A stretch of 64,000 nt of DNA, taken from the NCBI GenBank assembly GCA_051294905.1, contig CM119371.1, forward strand, positions 13,580,001-13,644,000, written 5' to 3'. Both the position numbers and the translations under genes were made by a program. The DNA comes from Botryllus schlosseri. Lineage: Eukaryota. Within the stretch, counting starts at the first letter, position 1, and the number at the start of each line of letters is the position of its first letter. The notes under the pieces were generated by a model. It did no database searches and was not told the DNA's origin. It saw only the letters and a program-made list of their open reading frames with translations. Positions 1 through 12,674 of the stretch are shown one piece after another.

Positions 1-1699
1 TTTTATGTATACAAGTTACGGTCTCTGCAGGCTCCACATTTTACGACTTATTTTCATTAGACGCAGGCAAGCGATTCTCAAGTTCGGAGCTATACGGAAA
101 CAAATCACTGGCATGTGCGCGTTCCGAAGTCGTAATTACGATTCAGCCCTATTCATGTCACTAGAATAAGGGTAATTAAACCGACAGTGAAACGCCGCCG
201 GCGTCTTATAACGTAATAATGTAAGCTGCGTCGGGTGCTGCTATAATGTTAGGAGCGAATATAGTAGAAAGTCCACGTCTGGACACCTGTAAGCAGGTGC
301 GCATACTACCGTAGTAAAACGCATAACAGATTTCACGCGAAAGTCGATATTGCTTTGTGATGATTTTGATGTTGTTAGAGTATGTATGTTCACGAAGACT
401 GCGATATCGCACGGATAAATACATCATAACTAATTATTCACTTGAATGCGACTTGATAATAAGAGAGAGAGAGATATGATATTCTTTCTCGCCTGCACCA
501 TCGAGATGCTTTGGCGACTGAGTTGCGATACGGCCCCATGAGGTCATCTAGTCTGCGCCCCCGTTTTTTTTCTCCTCCACGCTATCCGTGATTGCTGAGC
601 GCCTAGCAGGATAACTGCAGGATAACTCGAGTCTTTGGTATGACCCGGCCGGGGATCGAACCCACGACCTACCGCTCGAGAAGCCGGACGCACAACCATT
701 ACACTATCTCGCTCGGTCCCTAGAATAATATAAAATGCGATTTTGAGTGCAGACAGATCGCGGTTTCGATTTCCGAGGTCTCCACATTTTCAGCCTTATT
801 ATCAGCTCGCAGCACAACCGCTACCTGTATAATGTTTGCATGTCGAGTATAAGGGTATTTAACTCAGCACTAAAATGCCAACGGACTAGCCGCAGGGGCC
901 CGGTTCTCGTCGCTATAATTGAACGAACACCTTCGCCGCAGGTACGCGATCCCCGACGTTATAATGATAGGGACAAATTAGCCGCATGAAAGCGAGTCTA
1001 ATGAATATAACGACTGACAACAAGTTAGTTGAAAAGTAAAACTAATCGTGACCTATGCAAGACGGCGTGAAACAGCGCTTTCGCGCGATTCTTGTAGTGA
1101 CCACATTTCATACGATTCAGTCCTTTTCATGTCACTAGAATAAGGGTAATTAAACCGACAGTGAAACGCCGCCGGCGTCTTATAACGTAATAATGTAAGC
1201 TGCGTCGGGTGCTGCTATAATGTTAGGAGCGAATATAGTAGAAAGTCCACGTCTGGACACCTGTAAGCAGGTGCGCATACTACCGTAGTAAAACGCATAA
1301 CAGAATTCATGCAAAAGTCGATATTGCTTTGTGATGATTTTGATGTTGTTCGATACCGATTGGGAAGATAGGACTCCTAATTTCCTAACTAACTACATAA
1401 TCTCTCGTTACGTAGCCAGAAGCATAACGGAATATACGCAAAATCGGTATTGCTCTGCGATAATTTTGACCACTATGTTTTGATAATAACTTGCTTCCGA
1501 GAAATAAATAACATTCAATATACGTCAGATGATACTTTTCCTTGATATTCTATTATGTGTATTTAGGGATAATGCGACATCACTATGTTGGCGACAGGCC
1601 TGATTTGAACACACTAATTTTGCGAATTAAACTTATCGCCCAACACGGACACTCAATGAAGAGCACCCTGGAGACTCACATAAATGCTCCACAATTCTT
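1..1699. repeat. Left arm of a large inverted repeat (runs off the window start)
   Basis: Reverse complement of 7594-9285. Position 1 ttttatgtatacaag pairs with cttgtatacataaaa ending at 9285, and the inner end ccacaattctt (to 1699) pairs with aagaattgtgg (from 7594). The ORF track mirrors this (206..427- vs 8796..9080+; 747..989+ vs 8304..8546-). Confidence 0.95.
462..718 (-). mobile_element. Mirror copy of the same SINE in the left arm
   Basis: Reverse complement of 8575-8840, with gggatcgaaccc (B box), ccattacacta (A box) and an (AG)n tail. Confidence 0.75.
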
Positions 1700-1734
1700 G
1701 ACATATAATATACTGAGCATATAATAAGCTGACA

Positions 1735-3125
1735 AAACCTATACTTGAGTACTCCGAAATGTACAAGTACTTTACCTTTACACGACGTTTTTGTAAAATG
1801 AATACTAATTTTAATGAAAAATAAAAATTATGTACTCAAGTAGGTTTTTGTCTACACGCACCAACTACTCAAGTGTTTATGACACAGGAATGATTCATTA
1901 AGTATAGCGCAAGCCGGCCAAACCTATATTTGAGTACTCCAAAATATACAAGTACTTCGCCATGTACTCCCTCAACGTAAAAAGTGACTAGGTTGTAGAC
2001 TACTTTATCGATTTTCGAAGTTGCGCAAATACCAACCACAAACTTTGCTTGCTTTCAGAGCTGGCAACTAAATGCAAGACAGACTTTACGCAAAAGTCTC
2101 TATTCTGAAAATTTTATCGAGTTAATAGTTTAAAAACTTATACTTGAGCACTACGAAATGTACAAGTACTTTACCTTTACACGACGTTTTTTGTAAAATG
2201 AATACTAATTTTATTGAAAAAATAAAAAAATAAAAAAGAGCGAAAAATTACATTATATCCGGAACGCAACAAGAAAAATCGTATGAATTTGTAAACTACA
2301 TATTCATGACATAATAATAATTCTACTTCTATACTTTTTCATATTTTGTAACAATTTTAGTAGTACTTAAATAAAATTCGGAATATAAACTAATCGAAAA
2401 ATTCGGTAACAAATTTCGCATAGGCTATGCATACAAATGAGGAAAGTTACATCAACGCATGTAACTAATTGCATTATGTAGCTTGTAATTCATGCAAGTG
2501 TCGAAACATCTACACTGAGTCTTTTAAAGTAGATAGAATCGAAAAAACTAATCGAAAATATTTACGAAGTTTGGACGCGACATATTTGGGTTTTTAAAAA
2601 TTATTCATACCCATGATTCCAAACACTTTTAACAAACTTATGTTTTCGACATAAGATAAGCATGAAGTGTACAAATTTCGATGTTGCGCAAATAACACAA
2701 ACTTTGCTTGCTTTCAGAGCCGGCAACTAAATGCAAGATAGACTTTACGCAAAAGTTGCTATTCTGAAAATTTTGTCAAGGTAATGGTTTAAAAACTTAT
2801 ACTTGAGCACTACGAAATGTACAAGTACTTTATCTTTACACGACGTTTTTTGTAAAATGAATACTAATTTTATTTAAAAAAAACAACGGAAAATTACATT
2901 TTATCCCGGAACGCAACAAGAAAAATCGTATGAATTTGTAAACTACTTATTCATGACATAATAATAATTCTACTTGTACACTTTTTCACATTTTATAACA
3001 CTTTAAATAGTACTTAACAGTTTCAGTTTCAAATAAAATACGGAATATAAACTAATCGAAAAATTCGGTAACCACTTTCGCGTAGGCTATGCATACAAAT
3101 GAGGAAAGTTACATCAACGCGTGTT
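1735..3125 (+). repeat. Degenerate modular direct repeats
   Basis: Motif aaac(c/t)tatacttgag(t/c)act..aaatgtacaagtactt at about 1735, 1920, 2135 and 2793. About 2010-2460 is duplicated at about 2675-3120. Confidence 0.8.
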
Positions 3126-3219
3126 GAACTAGTTGTATCGAGTTATCTAATGATTTTTTCCTTACAGCAAAACAACTAGACTGCGTAACTACATTAAAAA
3201 ACGTATCTAAATGAGCTCC

Positions 3220-5180
3220 AGGGCATTGTGATTATGCAGCATACCAAATTTCATCACACATTTCATGATGGAAAAACTTCAAAACTAACGCAGTTCTATA
3301 GCAACTTTTGCCTAAATCTGTTTTCGGTAGCATGTACATATACATAGTCAGCTTTAATAACAGAATTACCATGCTAATATATGACTCCTAACCTTGAAAC
3401 TTGGTACGTAGTTGTAGGACATTGTGATTATGCAGCATACCAAATTTCCTCATGCATTTCATAATGGAACAACTTTAATACTAACACGGCTCTACATCGA
3501 CTTTTTGCGTACATTTGTTTTGCGGGAGCGTATAGCACGTACCTATACATTGTCAACTTTAATAACGGAATTACCATGCTTAACATTGAATCCCAACTCG
3601 AAACTTGATACGTAGTTCTACGACATTATGGTAATGCACCATGCTAAATTTCATCACACATTTAATGATGGAACACCTTTAAAACTAACTCAGTCGAATA
3701 CCGACTTTTACGCATATCTGTTTTGCGTGAACATAGCATATACCTGTACATAGTCAATTTTAATAGCAGAATTACCGTGTTAAACATTGAATTCCCACCT
3801 TGAAAGTTGGTACGCGGTTATAGGACATTATAACAATGCACCACACCTAATCCCATCACACATTTCATGATGGAACAACTTTAAAACTAACGCGGCTCTA
3901 CATCGACTTTTTGCGTACATCTGTTTTGCGGGAGCGTATAGCACGTACCTATACATTGTCAACTTTAATAACGGAATTACCATGCTCAACATTGAATGCC
4001 AACTCCAAACTTGATACGTAGTTGTAGGACATTATGGTAATGCACCATGCTAAATTTCATCACACATTTAATGATGGAACACCTTTAAAACTAACGCAGT
4101 CGAATACCGACTTTTACGCATATCTGTTTTGCGTGAACATAACATATACCTATACATAGTCAATTTTAATAGCAGAATTACCGTGTTAAACATTGAATTC
4201 CCACCGTGAAAGTTGGTACGCGGTTATAGGACGTTATAACAATGCACCATACCTAATCCCATCACACATTTCATGATGGAACAACTTTAAAACTAACGCG
4301 GCTCTACATCGACTTTTTGCGTACATCTGTTTTGCGGGAGCGTATAGCACGTACCCATACATAGCCAACTTTAATTACGGAATTACCATGCTTAACATTG
4401 AATCCCAACTCGAAACTTGATACGTAGTTGTAGGACATTATGGCAATGCACCATGCTAAATTTCATCACACATCTAATGATGGAACACCTTTAAAACTAG
4501 CGCAGTCGAATTCCGACTTTTACGCATATCTGTTTTTCGTGAACATAGCATATACCCATACATAGTCAATTTTAATAACAGAATTAGCATGCTAAACATT
4601 AAATTCTCACCTTGAACGTTGGTACGCAGTTGTAGGACATAATAACAATGCACCATACCTAATTTCGTCAGACATTTCATGATGTAACACCTTTAAAACC
4701 AACGCAGTTCTATACAGACTTTTGGCCAAATCTGTTTTTCCGTAGCGTAGCACGTACCTATACATAGTCAACTTTAATAAAGGAATTACCATGTTTATAA
4801 TCGACTCCCCACCTTGAAACTCGGTACGCAGTTGTAAGACATTATGACAATGCACCATGTCAAATTTTGTTACGCATTTCATGATTGAACAACTTTAAAA
4901 CTAACGCAGTTCCATACCGACTTTTACGGGAGCGTAGCACGTACTTATGCATACTCAACTTTAATAACGGAATTACCGAGATAAACATTGAAAGCGAAAC
5001 TTGAAGATTGGTTCACAGGTGTAGGACATTATGACAATGGAACATATCAAATTTCATCACACATTTCATGATGGAACACCTTTAAACCTAACGCAGTTCT
5101 ATACCAACTTCGCGTGAATCTGTTTGCGGAAGCGTAGCACGTACCTATGCGTGAACAACTTTAGTGATGGAATTACAGAT
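3220..5180 (+). repeat. Tandem array of about 10 units of 202-204 bp with an A/B dimeric higher-order structure
   Basis: Anchor gca(c/g)ca at 3237, 3433, 3636, 3838, 4042, 4244, 4448, 4650, 4852 and about 5039. Central spacings alternate 202/204 bp, and alternate units share diagnostic variants (ctaatcccatc vs ctaaatttcatc). Confidence 0.95.
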
Positions 5181-6579
5181 GTAATTAAGTTTCAACACTT
5201 TTACAATGATTCGTCTTGCTTCCTATAACATCCCACTCGATGCCCTCGTTATTAGGCTGTAATCTCAGCCTGAGCTATGTCTTGAAGCCTACGGTACTCT
5301 GCAAATTGTTTCGATTTATTCTGTCCGTTTCAATTTAAGATAAGGAAGCCCATTTCACTCAATGTATCGATGCCTACGGTACTCTACAAAATTTTCTGAT
5401 TAATTCTCCCTATGCTCATTTATCATAAGAAAGATGATTTGACACCTAAAGTACGAAATACTTGTTCGCTTGAGCTAAGCTGCAGCGCTTGGAGTGGAAT
5501 TTTACGGGGTATGTGGACTCATTTCGTAGGGCTCTATGCCATAGGAGCATACGTTACGCTCCAATTCGATTCCCACACATTCCATATAATTACTAACAGA
5601 ACCATTGAGTACCAGCCTTGATATTTTCCGTAGTACTAGATGGCATGTATACAATTTCATGACATCCGACAGTACGACGGAGACTATCAAAATATCGAAA
5701 GAAGCCCTCTATTCTTTTCTGAAATAATCAAGGTTTTATCAGGACTAGCCTTCATATAAACTCCAGCAGAATCACTAATAACCTCTTAAGTTTACTCAAT
5801 TTACTCTAATTTGATACTCGTGTACCAAATCCTTATTCTCCGCAAGTATGATAGAGGCTATCGCTCGATACTCAACGATTCGTAATTTTGCTGGAATACA
5901 AGTACAATTAGGGATTGAAAAGTAACTGATATAGGTGGTTATGTTTGTAGGATATTTACACTTCTACCTACCGGTTTTTCAGGAGAAACTACCTACTTTT
6001 AGGACTATATATTTTAAAGTAGTTTGAGGTTACGTTTGTATCACCTTGACAAATGCTATTATCAAAAACTGCTTTTGCTAAACTCTTACACTTTCACTAA
6101 ACTTCTACACTGAATCTTGTAAAGTAGATAGAACAGGAAAACTATTAACATAAGATAGGGAGAAGCACGCAAATTTCGATGGCATAAAAATGCCACAAAC
6201 TGCGCTAACTTTCAGAGTTGTTAAGTATAGTACTCGTACTTCTTGAGAATACCCAAGTAGGTTTTTTGCCTACATGCACCAAATACTCTCAAGTCCTTTT
6301 GATATTGGAGTACACCAACTTCATGATAGCTAGAGTATTAAACAGAAATAGACCTAGAGTACTAACGTTTTACTTACTCGGAAATGATTACTTCTATCTA
6401 ATTTTAAAGGATACCTCGTTCGAAGCGAAATTTTATGTGGTTTTGGATAATATCCAAGATGTTGGCTCACTTTGAAGGGTACTTCGTAAAACTCAAATAT
6501 TGCGCACTGAGAGTTCGCAAATTCTTGAAGTATTTCTGTTATTTTTATTGCGATAAGTCATTCTGCGGCGCGAAAATGC

Positions 6580-7590
6580 GTCGTAGGATATAGATGAAAC
6601 TAGCACCACTCATCGAGACAGCTGAAAACAGTACATTTCAACATTTAGTAGCAGTAAATTTCTAGTAAAGTACAAGAAGTGATGATTTCCGAGTGAGTTA
6701 AAAAGTAAGTATTGCAGGTATAGTTTACCCGAAAACCGAATACTCTGAAATAGAAGTAGATGCAGTGTAAATAGTTAATCACTTGATTAAGTATAGTGCA
6801 AGCAGATAAAACCTATACTTGAGTACTGCAAAATGCACGAGTACTTCGCTATCGACTCCCTCCACGTAATACGTGACTACGGTTTAAGACTGCTTTTACC
6901 GATACTCGTCGGTTTCAGTTTTAGATAGAATTCGGAAACCAAATAATTTCAAAAACATAAGCTAATTAAATGAATTAACTCGAATGTACTCTGCCGCGCT
7001 TATAAGATTAATTATAATATACTTATCATGTTACAGCGATTTTTCTAGCGTAGAAAATCTTTAAAATGTAGTAAGCAAGCCAATATGAAGATATTCGTTG
7101 AGCTGAATAAACATAAAAAATACTCTAGACTACTTTATCGGTACTTTACAGTTTCAGTTTTAGATAAAATTTGTCTCTTTCACCTATAATTACAACTCCT
7201 CGCTATCTAAACATGTTTAGAATATATTATTTGCGATGATACGAACCCGTAAAGTACTCAAGTAGCTTTTCGTAGGATATAGATGAAACTGACACCACTC
7301 ACCAAGACCACTGGTCCACTGAAAAAAGTACATTGTAGCAGTAAAGTCCTACTAAAGTACATGAAGTAATGATTTCCGAGTGAGTTAAAAAGTAAGTATT
7401 GAAGGTATAGTTTGGTCGAAGACCGAAAATCTCTGAAATAGAAGTAGATGCAGTGTAAATAGTTAATCACTTCATTAAGTATAGCGCAAGCAGGCCAAAC
7501 CTATACTTGAGTACTCCAAAATGTACAAGTGCTTCGCTATGTTCTCCCTCCACGTAAAAAGTGACTAGGTTTTAGACTACTTTATCGGTA
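6580..7590 (+). repeat. Direct duplication of a ~330-bp module (about 6580-6905 and 7270-7590)
   Basis: cgtaggatatagatgaaact...gatttccgagtgagttaaaaagtaagtattg...acctatacttgagtact occurs twice. Its 3' part also matches about 1895-2010. Confidence 0.85.
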
Positions 7591-7593
7591 TCT

Positions 7594-9285
7594 AAGAATT
7601 GTGGAGCATTTATGTGAGTCTCCAGGGTGCTCTTCATTGAGTGTCCGTGTTGGGCGATAAGTTTAATTCGCAAAATTAGTGTGTTCAAATCAGGCCTGTC
7701 GCCAACATAGTGATGTCGCATTATCCCTAAATACACATAATAGAATATCAAGGAAAAGTATCATCTGACGTATATTGAATGTTATTTATTTCTCGGAAGC
7801 AAGTTATTATCAAAACATAGTGGTCAAAATTATCGCAGAGCAATACCGATTTTGCGTATATTCCGTTATGCTTCTGGCTACGTAACGAGAGATTATGTAG
7901 TTAGTTAGGAAATTAGGAGTCCTATCTTCCCAATCGGTATCGAACAACATCAAAATCATCACAAAGCAATATCGACTTTTGCATGAATTCTGTTATGCGT
8001 TTTACTACGGTAGTATGCGCACCTGCTTACAGGTGTCCAGACGTGGACTTTCTACTATATTCGCTCCTAACATTATAGCAGCACCCGACGCAGCTTACAT
8101 TATTACGTTATAAGACGCCGGCGGCGTTTCACTGTCGGTTTAATTACCCTTATTCTAGTGACATGAAAAGGACTGAATCGTATGAAATGTGGTCACTACA
8201 AGAATCGCGCGAAAGCGCTGTTTCACGCCGTCTTGCATAGGTCACGATTAGTTTTACTTTTCAACTAACTTGTTGTCAGTCGTTATATTCATTAGACTCG
8301 CTTTCATGCGGCTAATTTGTCCCTATCATTATAACGTCGGGGATCGCGTACCTGCGGCGAAGGTGTTCGTTCAATTATAGCGACGAGAACCGGGCCCCTG
8401 CGGCTAGTCCGTTGGCATTTTAGTGCTGAGTTAAATACCCTTATACTCGACATGCAAACATTATACAGGTAGCGGTTGTGCTGCGAGCTGATAATAAGGC
8501 TGAAAATGTGGAGACCTCGGAAATCTAAACCGCGATCTGTCTGCACTCAAAATCGCATTTTATATTATTCTAGGGACCGAGCGAGATAGTGTAATGGTTG
8601 TGCGTCCGGCTTCTCGAGCGGTAGGTCGTGGGTTCGATCCCCGGCCGGGTCATACCAAAGACTCGAAAAATGGTATCCGCAGTTATCCTGCTAGGCGCTC
8701 AGCAATCACGGATAGCGTGGAGGAGAAAAAAAACGGGGGCGCAGACTAGATGACCTCATGGGGCCGTATCGCAACTCCGTCGCCGAAGCATCTCGATGGT
8801 GCAGGCGAGAAAGAATATCATATCTCTCTCTCTCTCTCTCTTATTATCAAGTCAAGTTATGATGTATTTATCCGTGCGATATCGCAGTCTTCGTGAACAT
8901 ACATACTCTAACAACATCAAAATCATCACAAAGCAATATCGACTTTCGCGTGAAATCTGTTATGCGTTTTACTACGGTAGTATGCGCACCTGCTTACAGG
9001 TGTCCAGACGTGGACTTTCTACTATATTCGCTCCTAACATTATAGCAGCACCCGACGCAGCTTACATTATTACGTTATAAGACGCCGGCGGCGTTTCACT
9101 GTCGGTTTAATTACCCTTATTCTAGTGACATGAATAGGGCTGAATCGTAATTACGACTTCGGAACGCGCACATGCCAGTGATTTGTTTCCGTATAGCTCC
9201 GAACTTGAGAATCGCTTGCCTGCGTCTAATGAAAATAAGTCGTAAAATGTGGAGCCTGCAGAGACCGTAACTTGTATACATAAAA
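7594..9285. repeat. Right arm of the large inverted repeat (may extend further right)
   Basis: Near-identical reverse complement of 1-1699, with only a few substitutions and two small indel/replacement differences seen. Confidence 0.95.
8575..8840 (+). mobile_element. tRNA-derived SINE, probably with a Meta-SINE-like central domain
   Basis: Pol III A box TAGTGTAATGG (8587-8597) and B box GGTTCGATCCC (8631-8641). These are followed by GGTCATACCAAAGAC...AAAAATGGTA...CCTGCTAGGCGCTCAGCA, which resembles the Meta-SINE domain as I recall it (not aligned), and a (CT)n tail. Confidence 0.75.
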
Positions 9286-10066
9286 TCAAGTTTAAAAATA
9301 TGAACGGATGAGTTATCTCTGAGCAATAGAGTAATATACCCGCCTATAGTTTAGTGGGGTATTGCTATAATGTACATCAAAACAATCGTTACAGACTCTG
9401 AATGTTACCAAGGTCATTATCACAAAAAATCATGCAGCAGAAGCGCTGGGATTATTATTATCAAGTCGCAGCGCTCAAAATCGCATTTTTTAATAATTAA
9501 TTAGTGATGATGTGTAGAATTTTGATATATCATCCTAAAACCACACCTAGTTCAGCGTTGTTCATAATATCCGTGAAAATTCAAAGTCCTAAATACACAT
9601 AATAATAATATCTGGCGAATATAGCCTTGTATGGACATCATAGTTTTTCGTTATCATGACAATAACTGAATTCCGTTAGCAAAGTGTTATTGCAGATATA
9701 AATACGCACATAAATCAATTGAATTCAAATTCACATTCACAAAAACGTGTTATCTGAGAGCTCATATTATCCGCCAAAATATAAAGTCCTAAATACACAT
9801 AATAATATTATCCGGAGAATAAAGCCTTGCATAGACATCATAGTTTTCGCACCACTGAATCACAAGGTGTCGCTTTGGCGGGCGCCAAACGATACCCATC
9901 CTACTACTTCGCATTTTTGGAGAAAGGCGGATCCTTTTGAGTAAAACCTTCTCTCCCTTTCCTAGGAGCCCTAGTCATTTTTGAATCCGCATGGATGCTA
10001 AAAGATTCAAAGAATTTTATTCCAAGCCACAAAGCCTATGCAAAATCATTTAACTTGCGTTGATGG

Positions 10067-11838
10067 CAGGGCTGTGGAGTCGGTAAATTTTACCACCGAC
10101 TCCGGCTCTGACTCCGACTCCACATATTTTCAATATACCGACTACGACTCCGACTGCAACAGTATAACCAATTTACTTCGAAAATTATATGCCACGGTGA
10201 CGGTTAAATGATTATCATATAAACAATAAACAAATGCAAACATCTGATTAACGGTGGCATGCAAAATTGTTTCATTGTGGCACCGCTCGAATTATTCACC
10301 ATGCAATTAACGTGAAGGAGTACCTTTCTAAATATTCTTCCACTTTTTCATGTATAAGTTTTTGCCACATGGACTCTCTAATATCGCAATATGTATGAAT
10401 CATTCAAACATGGCATATATCCAATCCGGTCTAATTGAAATGTAAATAAAAACCGAAGTGTATGTGGTGTGTATGAGTCAGCAACTAAACTGACTAATTT
10501 TCTCATTACACGCTATACTGATTACAAGGACTGCACTCTTACTTTACTACTAATAGACATTGGTCATTAAGGAAATTTAGGAAGTAGTCAAAGAGCATAG
10601 CCTATGTCTAGTCTATATGTACCTACTCAAGTATTCAAGGACTTGGATTTGCAGTCTTTCTTAATCATTTGTTCGACCTAAGCAGCTAAGCTACACTACA
10701 AATATTTTTAATTATGTCAAGTGAGAAGCATTGTTTGGTTATATTTACATCGATTTTAAAATTTAACAAAAGCAGCGGATGTATTTGCTCTATGATGGTA
10801 GTCTATAATTCCAAAAATGAACCAATTTGCGACTGCATCTTGAAGATGCATATTGTGATATTCTAACTGAATTGTAATTTGCAAATAATATCTAATTTTA
10901 TGTATACCAAGGGTGACCAACCTTTTCGACCAAAGGGACACGATTTATGAATCATTGCGCGGGCAACTAAAATGTTGATAACCTTTTCGTAGTTGTCCGA
11001 TAGGAGCGAACCGAATTAGGTAGCATTGCAAACAAGACTTCTAATACTACTCTTTGACATTGATAACAATTATGTCATGCAACTGTGTATAGTGTGCAGT
11101 CATGCCCTGGTAGCGCTATTTCAAAGGTAATGAATGAATTCTATCAATGAAGAAGTTATTTACATATATTGGGGGGGGGGGTCGTATCTGTATACCACTG
11201 GGCTGATTTGGCAAGGACAGGATTATTCGGCGTTTTATTATAGCAATATCGACGGTTTCGGTGAACATGCCTCTATCATTTTGTGCAAATTTTCCGTCGC
11301 CGACGATCTCGCTGCGAGCGCACAAGCGAAGTCGCATATTGGACGACACGTTATCTCGTAATTGCGAATATATTTTGACTCAATTCTGTGAATAGAGCGT
11401 GTTTATAATTTGCAGGAGGGGGCTCCAATACTAAAAAGCAAGAAATCTAATGACAATAAATCATGTAAAGTGCTGAGAAAAATTTCAAGTCAAATAAATA
11501 TGCTACGAAATGTTCTACTTTATGGTCAATGGTCATATACGAAGATCTGCGATAAATGTGGCTGGCCCCTGGTTACGCCAATACGTCAGAACTGATGTTT
11601 TAGTCATCATCAAATTTTGCGGCCTGGCTTATCAAACTTTGGTTGGCCGAAGTCGGAGTCGGAGTCGGAGTCAGGGTCATTTTCACAAACTCTGACTCCG
11701 ACTCCAACCAGTATTTTTTCCACGGCTCCGACTCCGGCTCCGACTCCAGCCACTATGGTGTTCACGACTCCGACTCCGCATCCATCAAACGAAAATTAGC
11801 AAAACTCCGACTCTAACTCCACCGACCCCATAGCTCTG
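10067..11838. mobile_element. Non-autonomous hAT-like element with (GACTCC)n subterminal arrays
   Basis: Termini cagggctgtggagtcgg / ccgaccccatagctctg. 8-bp TSD gttgatgg at 10059-10066 and 11839-11846. Confidence 0.9.
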
Positions 11839-12434
11839 GTTGATGGACGACGCTACGTCGCGAATCAGCTCCGTCATGAGGCCTGCTATCACTGTGATCT
11901 TCGTCATGATTCGAATCTTCGAACGTACCGCTGTTTGAAGTTACACTGAAACATCTGAATCATTGCTCGTGTAGCTGATAGCCGATATTATGATTATATT
12001 TCTTGCCAAATCCTGTAGTTTGCATTAAAATTGTCCTTTGATGATTGCCTTCCAAGTTAGATAAATGAGGAAAGCATCCATTTCGATCGATACCCGTGCC
12101 TTTTGCTCAAGCTCAATAATTCATTTGAACCTTTGGGTAGGCCTATGTAACTTATTATATGATCAGTGTGTCGCCGTGTGTATTCCTGACACGTATGGCT
12201 AAGCAATACGGCTAAAGTCGTGAAAAGTTGAGGATATATAGGCTGTATCCTGTAAAGAAAAACTTGACGTGAATGAAGCATTTTTGAGATCAGTACACCA
12301 AAATTAGCCAAAATCAAGTGAAAAATCAGAACCAACAATTTTGTCATTCAAAAAATTGTTCCCCAGTAATGTAATGTTCACCAGGCGATTTATAGTTTAT
12401 ATCATAGTGACAAAAACAAGGCATGAGTGAAACG

Positions 12435-12438
<4 letters not shown>

Positions 12439-12485
<47 letters not shown>
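12439..12485. repeat. (CA)n microsatellite
   Basis: Uninterrupted CA run. Confidence 0.95.
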
Positions 12486-12487
<2 letters not shown>

Positions 12488-12674
12488 ATATATTTGCATG
12501 TAAATTTACACACGCATGAATATGAAACGCCGATAATGACCAACATCAGACGGTCACTCCCAAAAATGACCTAAATCAATACAATGCAACATTTGAGCAT
12601 CCTTTTGTTGAGAAGACAGCTCATTCATCTCACCCAATTCTGTGGACACTATCTTCTCTTTTTCAATAAAACAG

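Noticed and set aside
3220..5180. CRISPR-like array
   Set aside because: Whole ~203-bp units are homologous with no unique spacers, there are no cas genes, and the context is eukaryotic.
8575..8655. tRNA gene (and mirror copy at about 640-718)
   Set aside because: A and B boxes are present, but there is no convincing acceptor or anticodon stem, and it runs into a SINE body and (CT)n tail.
206..9080. Duplicated small ORFs (73-94 aa) as genes
   Set aside because: They are duplicated only because of the inverted repeat, with no domain, splice or coding signal.
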